In this document: positions 1 to 8,957 of the stretch, piece after piece
Layout: every line of letters begins with the position of its first letter
How positions within the stretch are numbered: position 1 is the first letter of the stretch
Origin: a virus
Lineage: Duplodnaviria > Caudoviricetes
IMG/VR virus record: IMGVR_UViG_3300025598_000115
Location: 1-30,598 of that record
Strand: one strand, 5' to 3'
Length of the DNA: 30,598 nucleotides
Made by a program: the position numbers and the translations under genes
Notes under the pieces: generated by a model
Database searches by the model: none
Seen by the model: the letters and a program-made list of their open reading frames with translations, nothing else
What the model was told of the DNA's origin: nothing

Positions 1-1
1 A

Positions 2-2071
2 TTACCATTAACCTCCGGCGTGACAGGAGTATTACCTACAGCAAACGGTGGTACTAATTTATCATCATTTACAGCAAACGGAGCAGTTTATGCGACATCA
101 ACTTCTGTTCTTACTACTGGTACTCTTCCTGTGGCTTCTGGCGGTACAGGCAGTACTACCTCTACAGGATCAGGCAGCGTTGTTCTTGCAACATCTCCAT
201 CGCTAGTAACTCCTGCGCTAGGTACACCAACAAGCGGTAACTTTAGTACAGGTACATTTACCTGGCCTACATTTAACCAAAATACGACAGGTACTGCAAG
301 TAATGTAACAGGTACAGTGGCTATCGCTAACGGCGGTACAGGTCAAATAACTGCATCAGCTGCGTTTAATGCTTTATCACCAGTAACAACGTTAGGCGAT
401 TTAATTTATGGATCTGGCACAAATACTAATGCCAGATTAGCTGGAAATACAACATCTACTAAGAATTTCTTGGTACAAACAGGTACAGGCTCTGTGTCTG
501 CTGCGCCTACATGGGGTACTATTTCAGCTGCAGATGTTCCAACGTTAAACCAAAATACAACAGGTACTGCAGCAAATATTACGGCATCATCTAACTCAAC
601 ACTTACTACATTGAGTGCGTTAAGTTTGCCAGGATCACAAGTTAGTGGTAATATTAGTGGAAATGCAGCAAACGTAACAGGAACTGTTGCTGTAGCAAAC
701 GGAGGTACTGGATTAACAACAGCACCTACAAATGGTCAAATTGATATAGGTAGCACAGGTGTAGGTTTTGTTAGAACAACACTAACAGGCACAACGAACC
801 AAGTTACTGTAACAAATGGTGCTGGATCAATTACATTAAGTTTACCTTCATCAATTAATGTAAATACCACAGGTACTGCAGCTAACGTTACAGGCACAGT
901 GGCTATTGCAAATGGTGGTACAGGACAAACAACAGCAAGCGCTGCGTTTAATGCCCTATCACCAATTACTGCAACTGGTGATTTAATTATTGGTAATGGT
1001 GTTAATAGTGCAACAAGATTAGCAATAGGTACAAGTGGTTATGTATTAACCTCTAATGGTACAACAGCATCATGGCAAGCATCTACTGGTGGCGTAACAT
1101 CATTTCAAACAAGTTTAAGTGGATTGACACCAAATACAGCAACCACAGGTGCAGTCACATTAGCTGGCACATTGGGTGCAACAAGCGGTGGTACTGGATT
1201 TAGTACATATGCTACAGGTGATTTACTTTATGCATCTGCTACAAATACATTAAGTAAATTAGCCGCAGGTACAAACGGATATGTGTTAACATTAGCTAGT
1301 GGTGTGCCAACATGGGCGGCATCTACTGGTGGTGTCACAAGTTTTAGTGCAGGCACAACAGGATTAACACCAAGTAGTGCAACGACAGGTGCTATTACAT
1401 TAGCAGGCACGTTAGCAGTTGGTAATGGTGGCACAGGATTAACAAGTTTAACAGCTAACTATATACCTTATGGTAATGGCACATCAGCATTTAGTTCAAG
1501 CACTAATTTTACGTACAATGGTACAGTATTAACACTTACAGGTACTGCAGCACGATTCCAAGGTGATTTTAGTAATGCAACGTTTAATAGTAGAACAGCA
1601 TTCCAAACATCAACGACTAATGCAACCACTGGTATCTATGCATTGCCAAATGGAACTTCAACTGCAGCTTCATGGCAAGCAACAAATGCAGCTGATCCTA
1701 CAAATGCAAGTAAGATTTTAATTGCTACAAACGGATCCACAGACGTTCAATTAGTTTCGGGCATCAATGGTACAGGTACATATTTACCAATGGGCTTTTG
1801 GAATAATGGTGCAGAAAAAGCTAGATTATCCGTGTCAGGTGGATTTTCTGTAGGCACTACGACAGATGCTGGATCTACAAATATTTTAGCTGCTGGTAAT
1901 GTAACAGGCGCACAAGTTGTAGCATCAAATGGTATAGTTGTAAATAGTAAAACAGTATCAGCAAGTTATGCAATTCCATCAGGATCAAGTGCTATGAGTG
2001 CGGGTCCGATGACTATCGCTTCAGGTGTTACCGTTACAGTTCCATCGGGTTCTCGTTGGGTAGTACTTTAA
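2..2071 (+). CDS. Long repetitive tail fibre protein, 5'-truncated
   Basis: Thr/Gly/Ser/Ala-rich with many (V/T)ANGGTG-type and GDLIY-type fibre repeats. The frame is open from position 2 (LPLTSG-VTGVLP...), so the GTG at 20 is probably not the true start. Ends in GPMTIASGVTVTVPSGSRWVVL. Confidence 0.85.
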   Translation, partial: LPLTSGVTGVLPTANGGTNLSSFTANGAVYATSTSVLTTGTLPVASGGTGSTTSTGSGSVVLATSPSLVTPALGTPTSGNFSTGTFTWPTFNQNTTGTASNVTGTVAIANGGTGQITASAAFNALSPVTTLGDLIYGSGTNTNARLAGNTTSTKNFLVQTGTGSVSAAPTWGTISAADVPTLNQNTTGTAANITASSNSTLTTLSALSLPGSQVSGNISGNAANVTGTVAVANGGTGLTTAPTNGQIDIGSTGVGFVRTTLTGTTNQVTVTNGAGSITLSLPSSINVNTTGTAANVTGTVAIANGGTGQTTASAAFNALSPITATGDLIIGNGVNSATRLAIGTSGYVLTSNGTTASWQASTGGVTSFQTSLSGLTPNTATTGAVTLAGTLGATSGGTGFSTYATGDLLYASATNTLSKLAAGTNGYVLTLASGVPTWAASTGGVTSFSAGTTGLTPSSATTGAITLAGTLAVGNGGTGLTSLTANYIPYGNGTSAFSSSTNFTYNGTVLTLTGTAARFQGDFSNATFNSRTAFQTSTTNATTGIYALPNGTSTAASWQATNAADPTNASKILIATNGSTDVQLVSGINGTGTYLPMGFWNNGAEKARLSVSGGFSVGTTTDAGSTNILAAGNVTGAQVVASNGIVVNSKTVSASYAIPSGSSAMSAGPMTIASGVTVTVPSGSRWVVL
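280..988 (+). repeat. Intragenic ~127-bp diverged direct repeat (280-406 and 862-988)
   Basis: Both copies encode NTTGTA(S/A)NVTGTVAIANGGTGQxTASAAFNALSPxTxxGDLI; the offset of 582 nt is in frame. Confidence 0.9.
1071..1440 (+). repeat. Second intragenic repeat pair, 240-nt offset (starting ~1071 and ~1311)
   Basis: Both copies encode WxASTGGVTSF....GLTPxxATTGAxTLAGTL....GGTG. Confidence 0.85.
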
Positions 2072-2088
2072 AATAAAAAGGAAAAATT

Positions 2089-2688
2089 ATGGCAGCATCA
2101 GGATTTACGCCAGTATCATTATATTATAGCGTCACAACAACTAATACGCCCTTAGCGGCAAATTTAGTTAATGGTGAATTGGCTATTAATATTGCAGATG
2201 GTAAATTATTTTATAAAGATAATAGTGGCGTAGTGCAAGTTATCGCGACCAAAGGTGCGGGTACCATTGGCGGATCAAATACTCAAGTACAATTTAATAA
2301 TAGTGGTGCATTAGGTGGATCAGCAAACTTTACTTGGGATGGATCTACAGTAGCTATTACAGGTGCACTAACTGCTACAACAGACTCAGCATTCACCTCT
2401 ACTGGTGCATTACAGTTACCTTCTGGCACACTAGCACAACGTCCTACTGGCGTAGCTGGTAAAATAAGATTCAACACTTCAACACCTGGCTTTGAAGGAT
2501 ACAACGGCACTAACTGGGGTTCAATCGGTGGAGCGCAAGCATCAGGGGCAGTCTATGAGAATAAACAAGTGATTGCAAGTAACTACACTATGACAACAGG
2601 ATATAGTGGGGAATCAGTAGGCCCAATAACAATTAACAGCGGTGTAACAGTCACCATTCCTAGCGGATCACGCTGGGTTGTATTATAG
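2089..2688 (+). CDS. Short tail fibre / fibre adapter protein
   Basis: AAGGA ribosome-binding site. N-terminal LVNGELAINIADGKLFYKD fibre-anchor motif; GTLAQRP...GKIRFN...FEGYNGTNW fibre module; C-terminus nearly identical to that of the preceding gene. Confidence 0.8.
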   Translation: MAASGFTPVSLYYSVTTTNTPLAANLVNGELAINIADGKLFYKDNSGVVQVIATKGAGTIGGSNTQVQFNNSGALGGSANFTWDGSTVAITGALTATTDSAFTSTGALQLPSGTLAQRPTGVAGKIRFNTSTPGFEGYNGTNWGSIGGAQASGAVYENKQVIASNYTMTTGYSGESVGPITINSGVTVTIPSGSRWVVL

Positions 2689-2697
2689 GAGAATTAA

Positions 2698-3882
2698 ATG
2701 GCATCAACGATAAATGCGAGTACGAGTTCTGGGCTAGTCCAAACAGCGGACACTTCTGGCGTTCTACAATTCCAAACCAACAGCGGCCAAACAGCAGTCA
2801 CTATAGATACATCACAGAATGTAGGGATTGGTACTACAAGTCCTGCAGTAAAATTAGATATAAATGGTCAAACAATTAGTAGAAACCAATTAAATATTTT
2901 TAATGGCAATGCATTGGCTTTAAATGATTCTACAAACGTAAATATTTATTATTTAGAAAACGCATCAAGCAATTTACAGTTTATTTATAATTCTACAGAA
3001 CGTATGCGTATAGACTCTAGTGGTAATGTAGGGGTTGGTGTAGCACCCAGTCCTTGGAATAGCCCAATAAAAGCAATACAATCACTTTATTCTGGATCAT
3101 GGAGTAATACTTCAGCATCAACTTGTTTTTATAGTAATGTATATAGAGGAGCATCATATAGCGCATTCTATATTACGACAGCAACTGCTGGAGAACTAGG
3201 ATTTAATTTTAATGGTGTAGGAGAGTGGGCATTCTCTACTGCTCCATCAGGATCTTCTGGAACGGCTTGTACTATGACAGAACGTATGCGTATAGAAAAT
3301 ACTGGTAATGTGTTGGTAGGAGCTACATCACAATTTTCTGGATTTGTGGCTAATGCAAAATTATATACAGAATCATCAACTTCAGATTACGCAGTAAGTT
3401 TTAGAAGCACAGCAACAACAGCTTATGGTTTAGCTATTTCATATTCAACAGCACCAAATGCAGCATCACAAAACTTTATTGATGCAAGAGATTCAAGTGC
3501 ACAAAGATTTGCAGTAATGTCTAATGGAGGCATACGTAATTTTTCAGCTAATAACGTAAACTTATCTGATGGGCGTGAAAAAAAAGACATTCAATTAGCT
3601 GGTTCTTATTTAGATAAAATCTGTGCTATTCCTGTTAAAACTTTCTTATTTAATGACCAAACAGATACAGACCTTAATCTTGGTGTAATTGCTCAAGATG
3701 TTCAAGCAGTAGCACCAGAATTAGTTACAGAGTCAAACTGGGGAACACAAGAAGAACCTAAAGAAAGACTTTCTATCTATCAAACAGACCTACAATATGC
3801 TCTTATGAAATGTATCCAAGAACAACAAACCATCATCAACGACCTAAAAGCAAGAATAGAAACACTAGAAGGAGCTAAATAA
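2698..3882 (+). CDS. Tail fibre / receptor-binding protein with C-terminal intramolecular chaperone (peptidase S74-like)
   Basis: AGGAG ribosome-binding site; NVGIGTTSP and ERMRIDSSGNVG repeats; SDGREKKDI autocleavage motif, GVIAQDV and a terminal coiled coil. Confidence 0.85.
   Translation: MASTINASTSSGLVQTADTSGVLQFQTNSGQTAVTIDTSQNVGIGTTSPAVKLDINGQTISRNQLNIFNGNALALNDSTNVNIYYLENASSNLQFIYNSTERMRIDSSGNVGVGVAPSPWNSPIKAIQSLYSGSWSNTSASTCFYSNVYRGASYSAFYITTATAGELGFNFNGVGEWAFSTAPSGSSGTACTMTERMRIENTGNVLVGATSQFSGFVANAKLYTESSTSDYAVSFRSTATTAYGLAISYSTAPNAASQNFIDARDSSAQRFAVMSNGGIRNFSANNVNLSDGREKKDIQLAGSYLDKICAIPVKTFLFNDQTDTDLNLGVIAQDVQAVAPELVTESNWGTQEEPKERLSIYQTDLQYALMKCIQEQQTIINDLKARIETLEGAK
2995..3296 (+). 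repeat. Perfect 20-bp direct repeat ACAGAACGTATGCGTATAGA (2995-3014, 3277-3296)
   Basis: Read directly from the sequence; encodes TERMRI; the spacing of 282 nt is in frame. Confidence 0.9.
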
Positions 3883-5033
3883 TGTCAAGCGTAATAATTT
3901 CTGGAGATACGAGCGGAAGTGTCTCATTAGTAGCACCAGCCATAGCGGGGTCAACGACACTCACTCTGCCAGCCACATCAGGTAACGTTCTTACAAGTAG
4001 CACTAATGTAACATTTAGTGATGGCACAGTTCAAACAAGCGCAGCGTCACCTTATGTGCTAAAGAACAGACTAATTAATGGTGGGTTCAATGTTAGCCAG
4101 TATAACGGAACCTCAAGTGTCACCCCTACTACAAATGGATATTACATTGATAGATGGTATATTGATACATTTGGTAGTAGTTCATTTAATTCACTCACTA
4201 TGCAACAATTATCCGCATCTCCACCAACAGGATATAGCAATTATTTACAAATAGCATCTGGTTCTACAACATCCACAAATATAAACTTATCTCAATCTAT
4301 AGAATATCAAAATTGTTATGATTTAGCAGGGCAAACAGTTACATTATCTTTTTGGTATAAAGTTCCCGTTAATTGGACAAATCAATGGCAAGCTTTTATA
4401 AGCTCAAATACAAGTGCAAATACAAAAATATCTGGCGGGTCTTCAGGAACAACATCTTCTACCGCTTTAACTTTAACTAATACTACAACTTGGACAAAAG
4501 CAACATTAACTTATACTATTCCTAGCAATGCTCAAACTGTTGGGGTGTTATTTAATAATGGTAATAACAATATAATTAATGGCGCTCAATTTCAAATCAC
4601 AGGTGTCCAACTAGAAATAGGCTCATCAGCAACACCGTTTGAACGCAGACTTTATAATCAAGAATTGGCTAATTGTCAGAGGTATTATTGGAGATGGACT
4701 TGCACAAATCAAACTAATATTTATTTTTCAACAGCTGGTAGAGTATATTCTAATACTGGAGCAACAATAACTTATCCACATCCTGTTCCAATGAGAACCG
4801 CTCCAACTACAAATAATTCTAATAATTTTAGTGCTGGAATTTGGGATTATAGTGTTACAGCAATTACTACAAATAATAGTGGATATGCTGGTTCACCTTA
4901 TTTAAGTGCTAATTTAAATGTTACTGGAACTTTTGCTACCCCTCCATCTAATGTAGGATATTCTATGGCATTAGGTTCTGGAAGTGCTGGTGGATCAAAT
5001 ACAATTTGGATTGACTTTTCTTCGGAGTTATAA
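3882..5033 (+). CDS. Tail fibre / receptor-binding protein with putative carbohydrate-binding domain
   Basis: KNRLINGGF..Q, DRW, LAGQTVTLSFW and GVQLEIGSSATPFERR....ELANCQRYY...PVPMRTAP motifs typical of phage fibre tips; TAATG coupling to the upstream gene. Confidence 0.8.
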   Translation: MSSVIISGDTSGSVSLVAPAIAGSTTLTLPATSGNVLTSSTNVTFSDGTVQTSAASPYVLKNRLINGGFNVSQYNGTSSVTPTTNGYYIDRWYIDTFGSSSFNSLTMQQLSASPPTGYSNYLQIASGSTTSTNINLSQSIEYQNCYDLAGQTVTLSFWYKVPVNWTNQWQAFISSNTSANTKISGGSSGTTSSTALTLTNTTTWTKATLTYTIPSNAQTVGVLFNNGNNNIINGAQFQITGVQLEIGSSATPFERRLYNQELANCQRYYWRWTCTNQTNIYFSTAGRVYSNTGATITYPHPVPMRTAPTTNNSNNFSAGIWDYSVTAITTNNSGYAGSPYLSANLNVTGTFATPPSNVGYSMALGSGSAGGSNTIWIDFSSEL

Positions 5034-5036
5034 GAT

Positions 5037-5219
5037 ATGGAAATACAATATAAATTACAAAATGATAGATATGGTAAACCTTGTGCAGTAACTATTGTAG
5101 GAACAGCATTATCTATTCCTATGGTTGAATCTAACACAGACTACCAAGCCTACCTAAAATGGCTTGAAAAAGGTAACACACCAGAACCAGCAGACGAAAC
5201 AACACAAGGAGCAGCATAA
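5037..5219 (+). CDS. Small tail-fibre-associated (assembly chaperone-like) protein
   Basis: IP....NTDYQAYLKWLEKGNTPEPAD motif, commonly found directly after CQRYY-type fibres; GGAG ribosome-binding site. Confidence 0.7.
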   Translation: MEIQYKLQNDRYGKPCAVTIVGTALSIPMVESNTDYQAYLKWLEKGNTPEPADETTQGAA

Positions 5220-5221
5220 TA

Positions 5222-5839
5222 GTGTCTGTAGAGGTTAAAAGATGCACTCATTGCAAGAATGAAAAGCCATTTAGTGAGTTTCATAAACAACCTCACGGCA
5301 AGTTTGGTTTACGTGGCAGATGTAGTGTATGTGCTACAATGTTTAGAAAACCTATAGATCCTGCTAAAACAAAGTATTATTATGAAAAGAACAAAGAAAA
5401 GATTGCAGCTAGAGCTAAGGCAAAATATTGGTCTGACCCAAAGAAACATAACTTAGCTGTCAAGCAGTCTAGACTAAAATATTATGATAAGCACTTAGCT
5501 TACTCAAGACAATATGAACTAGAACACAAAGAAGAACGTAAGTTAAAAGATAAGGTATACGCACAAAATAATCCGCATAAAAAGGCGGCAATTGTATTAA
5601 AAAGAAAAGTTAAACAAAAACAATCAATACCTAAATGGAGCAACATTGAAATGACTAAAAAGATTTATAAGCTTAGAGATAGGCTTAATGAACATTCTGG
5701 ATATATTAAATATCATGTAGACCACATTATTCCTATTAGTGGAAAATTGGTATCTGGTTTGCATGTAATAGAAAATCTAAAGATTGTTTTAGCTTCTTAC
5801 AACTTAAGTAAAAATAATAAATATGAGGTGTCATTATGA
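5222..5839 (+). CDS. Free-standing HNH homing endonuclease with N-terminal Zn finger
   Basis: N-terminal CTHC...CSVC; C-terminal HVDHIIP...GLHVIENL......NLSKNN; very basic; GTG start. Confidence 0.88.
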   Translation: MSVEVKRCTHCKNEKPFSEFHKQPHGKFGLRGRCSVCATMFRKPIDPAKTKYYYEKNKEKIAARAKAKYWSDPKKHNLAVKQSRLKYYDKHLAYSRQYELEHKEERKLKDKVYAQNNPHKKAAIVLKRKVKQKQSIPKWSNIEMTKKIYKLRDRLNEHSGYIKYHVDHIIPISGKLVSGLHVIENLKIVLASYNLSKNNKYEVSL

Positions 5840-7242
5840 GTTTAGTTCTCAGTGGGGATCAACAGATAACAGGACCGCTTACCGTAGGGTTTGGTTCAGG
5901 GCAAATTACAAGTAATGTGGCTGTAGGGTTAAGTGCTTTAAATGCAAATACTACAGGAATAGGTAACATTGCTATAGGCATTAGCTCTTTAACACTTAAT
6001 ACTACAGGACAACAAAATGTAGCAATAGGATTAAGTGCTATGGCAAGTAACACCACAGGCTATAATAATGTGGCTATTGGCTCATATGCTTTAAATACAA
6101 ATGTATCAGGCGCTGGAAATACAGTAGTTGGAGGAGCGGCACTTGCTTACAATACAGCATCAAATAATTCAGCTTTTGGTAATGGAGCTTTAGGAAACAA
6201 CACCTCAGGCACTCCCAACGATGCTTTCGGCTACCAAGCTCTTTATAGTAATACAACTGGTACAGGTAATACTGCTTTGGGTTTTGCTTCTTTACAATCA
6301 AATACAACAGGTGTAAGCAATGTAGCAATAGGTCAACAAGCATTACAATCCAATACAATAGGACAAAACAATGTTGCTATAGGACCATTTTCATTAATTA
6401 CTAATGTATCATCTTCTTTTAATACAGCAGTAGGATTTGCTGCATTAAACTTAAATACAGCAAGTAATAACACAGCAGTTGGATTTGACGCACTAAGTAA
6501 AAACACCACAGGGACACCCAACGATGCCTTCGGATACCAAGCCCTCTATAGTAATACGACTGGTGCTACTAATGTAGCAGTTGGTTATCAGGCTCTTTAC
6601 AGTCAAACTATTGGAACATCAAATGTAGCTGTAGGACAAACTGCATTATATGGATTAACTACAGGAGTTAATAATATTGCTATAGGAGCAGCAGCAGGCT
6701 ATGCAGGAACTGCACTTACTATAGGAACTCAATGTATTTATTTTGGCACAAATGCAAAAGCATCTGCAAATAATGTCAATTATGAAATTGTAATAGGTAA
6801 CAACAACTCTGGTGGTGTTGTAGGTAAGGGTTCAAATACAGTATTTATTAATGCAAATAGCGGTGGTAATTACAACGGTGCAAATAGTACAGCTTGGTCT
6901 ACAACTTCTGATCAAAGAATTAAGAAAAACATTGTAGACAATACAGATGGACTAGATAAAATAACATCTATTCGTGTACGTAACTTTGAATATCGCTTAC
7001 CAGAAGAAGTGGATGAAACATTACAGCCCTCTGATGCAGTTATAAAAGAAGGAGTTCAATTAGGAGTTATTGCACAAGAACTTCAACAAACACTTCCAGA
7101 TTGCGTTAGAGAAGAGTCAACTGGTGTTTTATCTGTGCAAACCGACAATCTTACTTGGTATCTTGTAAACTCTATCAAAGAATTAGCAGCTAAGGTAGAA
7201 GCATTAGAAGCACAACTTGCAAAAGCAACACCAACAGTATAA
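5836..7242 (+). CDS. Beta-helix/beta-roll repeat tail fibre with C-terminal intramolecular chaperone (peptidase S74-like)
   Basis: About 14-residue NTTGxxNVAxGxxAL repeats; SDQRIKKNI motif, GVIAQE and a terminal coiled coil; GAGGTG ribosome-binding site. Confidence 0.85.
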   Translation: MSLVLSGDQQITGPLTVGFGSGQITSNVAVGLSALNANTTGIGNIAIGISSLTLNTTGQQNVAIGLSAMASNTTGYNNVAIGSYALNTNVSGAGNTVVGGAALAYNTASNNSAFGNGALGNNTSGTPNDAFGYQALYSNTTGTGNTALGFASLQSNTTGVSNVAIGQQALQSNTIGQNNVAIGPFSLITNVSSSFNTAVGFAALNLNTASNNTAVGFDALSKNTTGTPNDAFGYQALYSNTTGATNVAVGYQALYSQTIGTSNVAVGQTALYGLTTGVNNIAIGAAAGYAGTALTIGTQCIYFGTNAKASANNVNYEIVIGNNNSGGVVGKGSNTVFINANSGGNYNGANSTAWSTTSDQRIKKNIVDNTDGLDKITSIRVRNFEYRLPEEVDETLQPSDAVIKEGVQLGVIAQELQQTLPDCVREESTGVLSVQTDNLTWYLVNSIKELAAKVEALEAQLAKATPTV

Positions 7243-7270
7243 AATAATTTCTCCAAGATAAAGAGAACGC

Positions 7271-7930
7271 ATGATGCGCAAAGTAATGATAGGTACTCCA
7301 GCATTTGATGGTAGGATAGACGTTTGGTTTGCTAATAGCTTAGTCAACACAGTTAAATTAGCAGTACAAAGACAAGTAGATTTAAGACCGATTTATATGT
7401 CGTATGATAGCTTAGTCCAACGGGCAAGAAACGATATAGTTAGGTTAGCAGTAGAAGAAGACTTTGATGATCTTATTTTTATTGATAGTGACGAAGAGTG
7501 GAACCCTGAATGGATTTTTAAGTTACTAGCGTTTAAAGAAGAAGTCATAGGTTTACCAGTCGTTAAAAAGTCAGACCAGATGATGTTTAATATTAAAGCA
7601 TTGCCTGATGGCCTAAAGATGCAACAAAATGGTTTGATGGAAGTAGAAGCTGTCGGTACTGGGTTTATGAAGATATCTCGTTCAGCTTTGAAAAAGGTTT
7701 GGGATGCAAGTCCTGAATACCAAAACGAAGGTAGATCGTGCAGAATGGTGTTTGATGTTAAAATTATTGATGGGCAATTAGTCAGTGAAGACAACATATT
7801 CTGTAGTAAATGGCGAAACCTAGGTGGTAAAGTATTTATAGAGCCATCAATGACTTGTAACCACATAGGTGTTAAAAAGTACCAAGGAAATTTTTTAGAG
7901 TATTTAAAATTTTTACAACAAACTAAATGA
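7271..7930 (+). CDS. GT-A fold glycosyltransferase-like protein
   Basis: VMIGTP strand, SLVQRARN, LIFIDSD (DxD motif), GTGFMKI, SEDxxFC and HIG. The start may be 7274. Confidence 0.8.
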   Translation: MMRKVMIGTPAFDGRIDVWFANSLVNTVKLAVQRQVDLRPIYMSYDSLVQRARNDIVRLAVEEDFDDLIFIDSDEEWNPEWIFKLLAFKEEVIGLPVVKKSDQMMFNIKALPDGLKMQQNGLMEVEAVGTGFMKISRSALKKVWDASPEYQNEGRSCRMVFDVKIIDGQLVSEDNIFCSKWRNLGGKVFIEPSMTCNHIGVKKYQGNFLEYLKFLQQTK

Positions 7931-8385
7931 TAAATAGCACAAAAGCAGGTCTACTATTACTAGGATTACTCCATCTATCTAATGGCGTACCTGCTGAATT
8001 GCCCAACCCAAAAATAACACCAGGGCAAACAAGAAGTGTAACACTAAAAGAACTCTGTACGACCTCTACCTCATTGGTACGTAACGTGCCAGACGCATTG
8101 AAAAAAGATGTATTTAGTAATTATGGCATGAATGGTAATGATAAGTCTAAATGTGCTGAAGGTTATGAAATAGATCACCTTATTAGTTTAGAGTTAGGTG
8201 GAAGCAATAGTGGTGATAACCTATGGCCACAAAGCTATTGCGGTGAAAATAGTGCCCATAAAAAAGATAAGCTAGAAAATGAATTGCATAGACAAGTTTG
8301 TTTAGGTAAAATAGGACTAGAAGAAGCCCAATTGTGCATTAGTAAAGATTGGGAACAGTGTTACATTAAAGTTTACCACAAATAG
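7927..8385 (+). CDS. Signal-peptide-bearing HNH-fold protein
   Basis: Hydrophobic N-terminus (KAGLLLLGLLHLSNG); YEIDHLISLELGGSN..DNLWPQ...KDKLEN; several Cys residues. Confidence 0.65.
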   Translation: MINSTKAGLLLLGLLHLSNGVPAELPNPKITPGQTRSVTLKELCTTSTSLVRNVPDALKKDVFSNYGMNGNDKSKCAEGYEIDHLISLELGGSNSGDNLWPQSYCGENSAHKKDKLENELHRQVCLGKIGLEEAQLCISKDWEQCYIKVYHK

Positions 8386-8417
8386 ACTAACTCATTACAG
8401 AAAGGCTTAATAATCGC

Positions 8418-8957
8418 ATGATTATTGAAAAGCTACTACCTCAAGAACTTGAGGACGAAATATTTAAAATTATGACAGCCAACGGATTTCCTTGGTACTG
8501 GAATGCAGAGAATATAGTCCCAGCAACACCGGACTCTCATATATTTCAATTTACACACGTATTTTACATATACCAAAAAGTATACTCATCCTACTTTAAC
8601 ATAGCCAACATGATTGTGGGCTACTTTGCCGAAAAGACAAAACTTAAAATAAAACGTGTAGTTAGAGTAAAAGGTAATTTAATACCAGACATTACACACA
8701 CGCCCGAGTCACTTAATAATTTAATACACGGTGATATTGAGGATGAAAGAGATGGTAAGTACGTATCCTTTGTGTATTATGTGATGGATTCAGATGGTGA
8801 TACCATTATTTATGATGATAACAATAACATCGTAGAAACATCACCACCAATAAAAGGTAATTGTATTTGGTTTGACTCTAAAACAAAGCACAGATCTTCT
8901 GTGCCACTTCACCACAAAAGAAGAGTAGTGATTAACTTTATTTTGGAGGTTGAATGA
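8418..8957 (+). CDS. 2OG-Fe(II) oxygenase superfamily protein
   Basis: HGD iron ligands, YYV.DSDGDT, a distal His (FDSKTKHRSS) and the RVVINF 2OG-binding Arg. Confidence 0.82.
   Translation: MIIEKLLPQELEDEIFKIMTANGFPWYWNAENIVPATPDSHIFQFTHVFYIYQKVYSSYFNIANMIVGYFAEKTKLKIKRVVRVKGNLIPDITHTPESLNNLIHGDIEDERDGKYVSFVYYVMDSDGDTIIYDDNNNIVETSPPIKGNCIWFDSKTKHRSSVPLHHKRRVVINFILEVE

Noticed and set aside
20-22. GTG at 20 (and likewise GTG at 30576) as true gene starts
   Set aside because: Both reading frames remain open to the window edges, so the genes are truncated.
3578-3585. A8 homopolymer as a phase-variation or frameshift site
   Set aside because: A-runs are common in this AT-rich, Lys-rich genome, and the frame is intact through the chaperone domain.
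3571-3601. Third copy of the bipartite promoter motif (GGGCGTGAA...TCAATTAGCT)
   Set aside because: It lies inside coding sequence, the spacer is one base short and the second box matches poorly.
5222-5839. Group I intron housing the HNH gene
   Set aside because: The flanking genes are complete with their own stop and start codons, and there is no non-coding space for an intron core.
1-7242. Diversity-generating retroelement or invertase shufflon acting on the fibre genes
   Set aside because: No reverse transcriptase or recombinase is present in the window. The repeat pairs differ at synonymous sites of all bases rather than only adenines, and all cassettes are on one strand with no inverted crossover sites seen.
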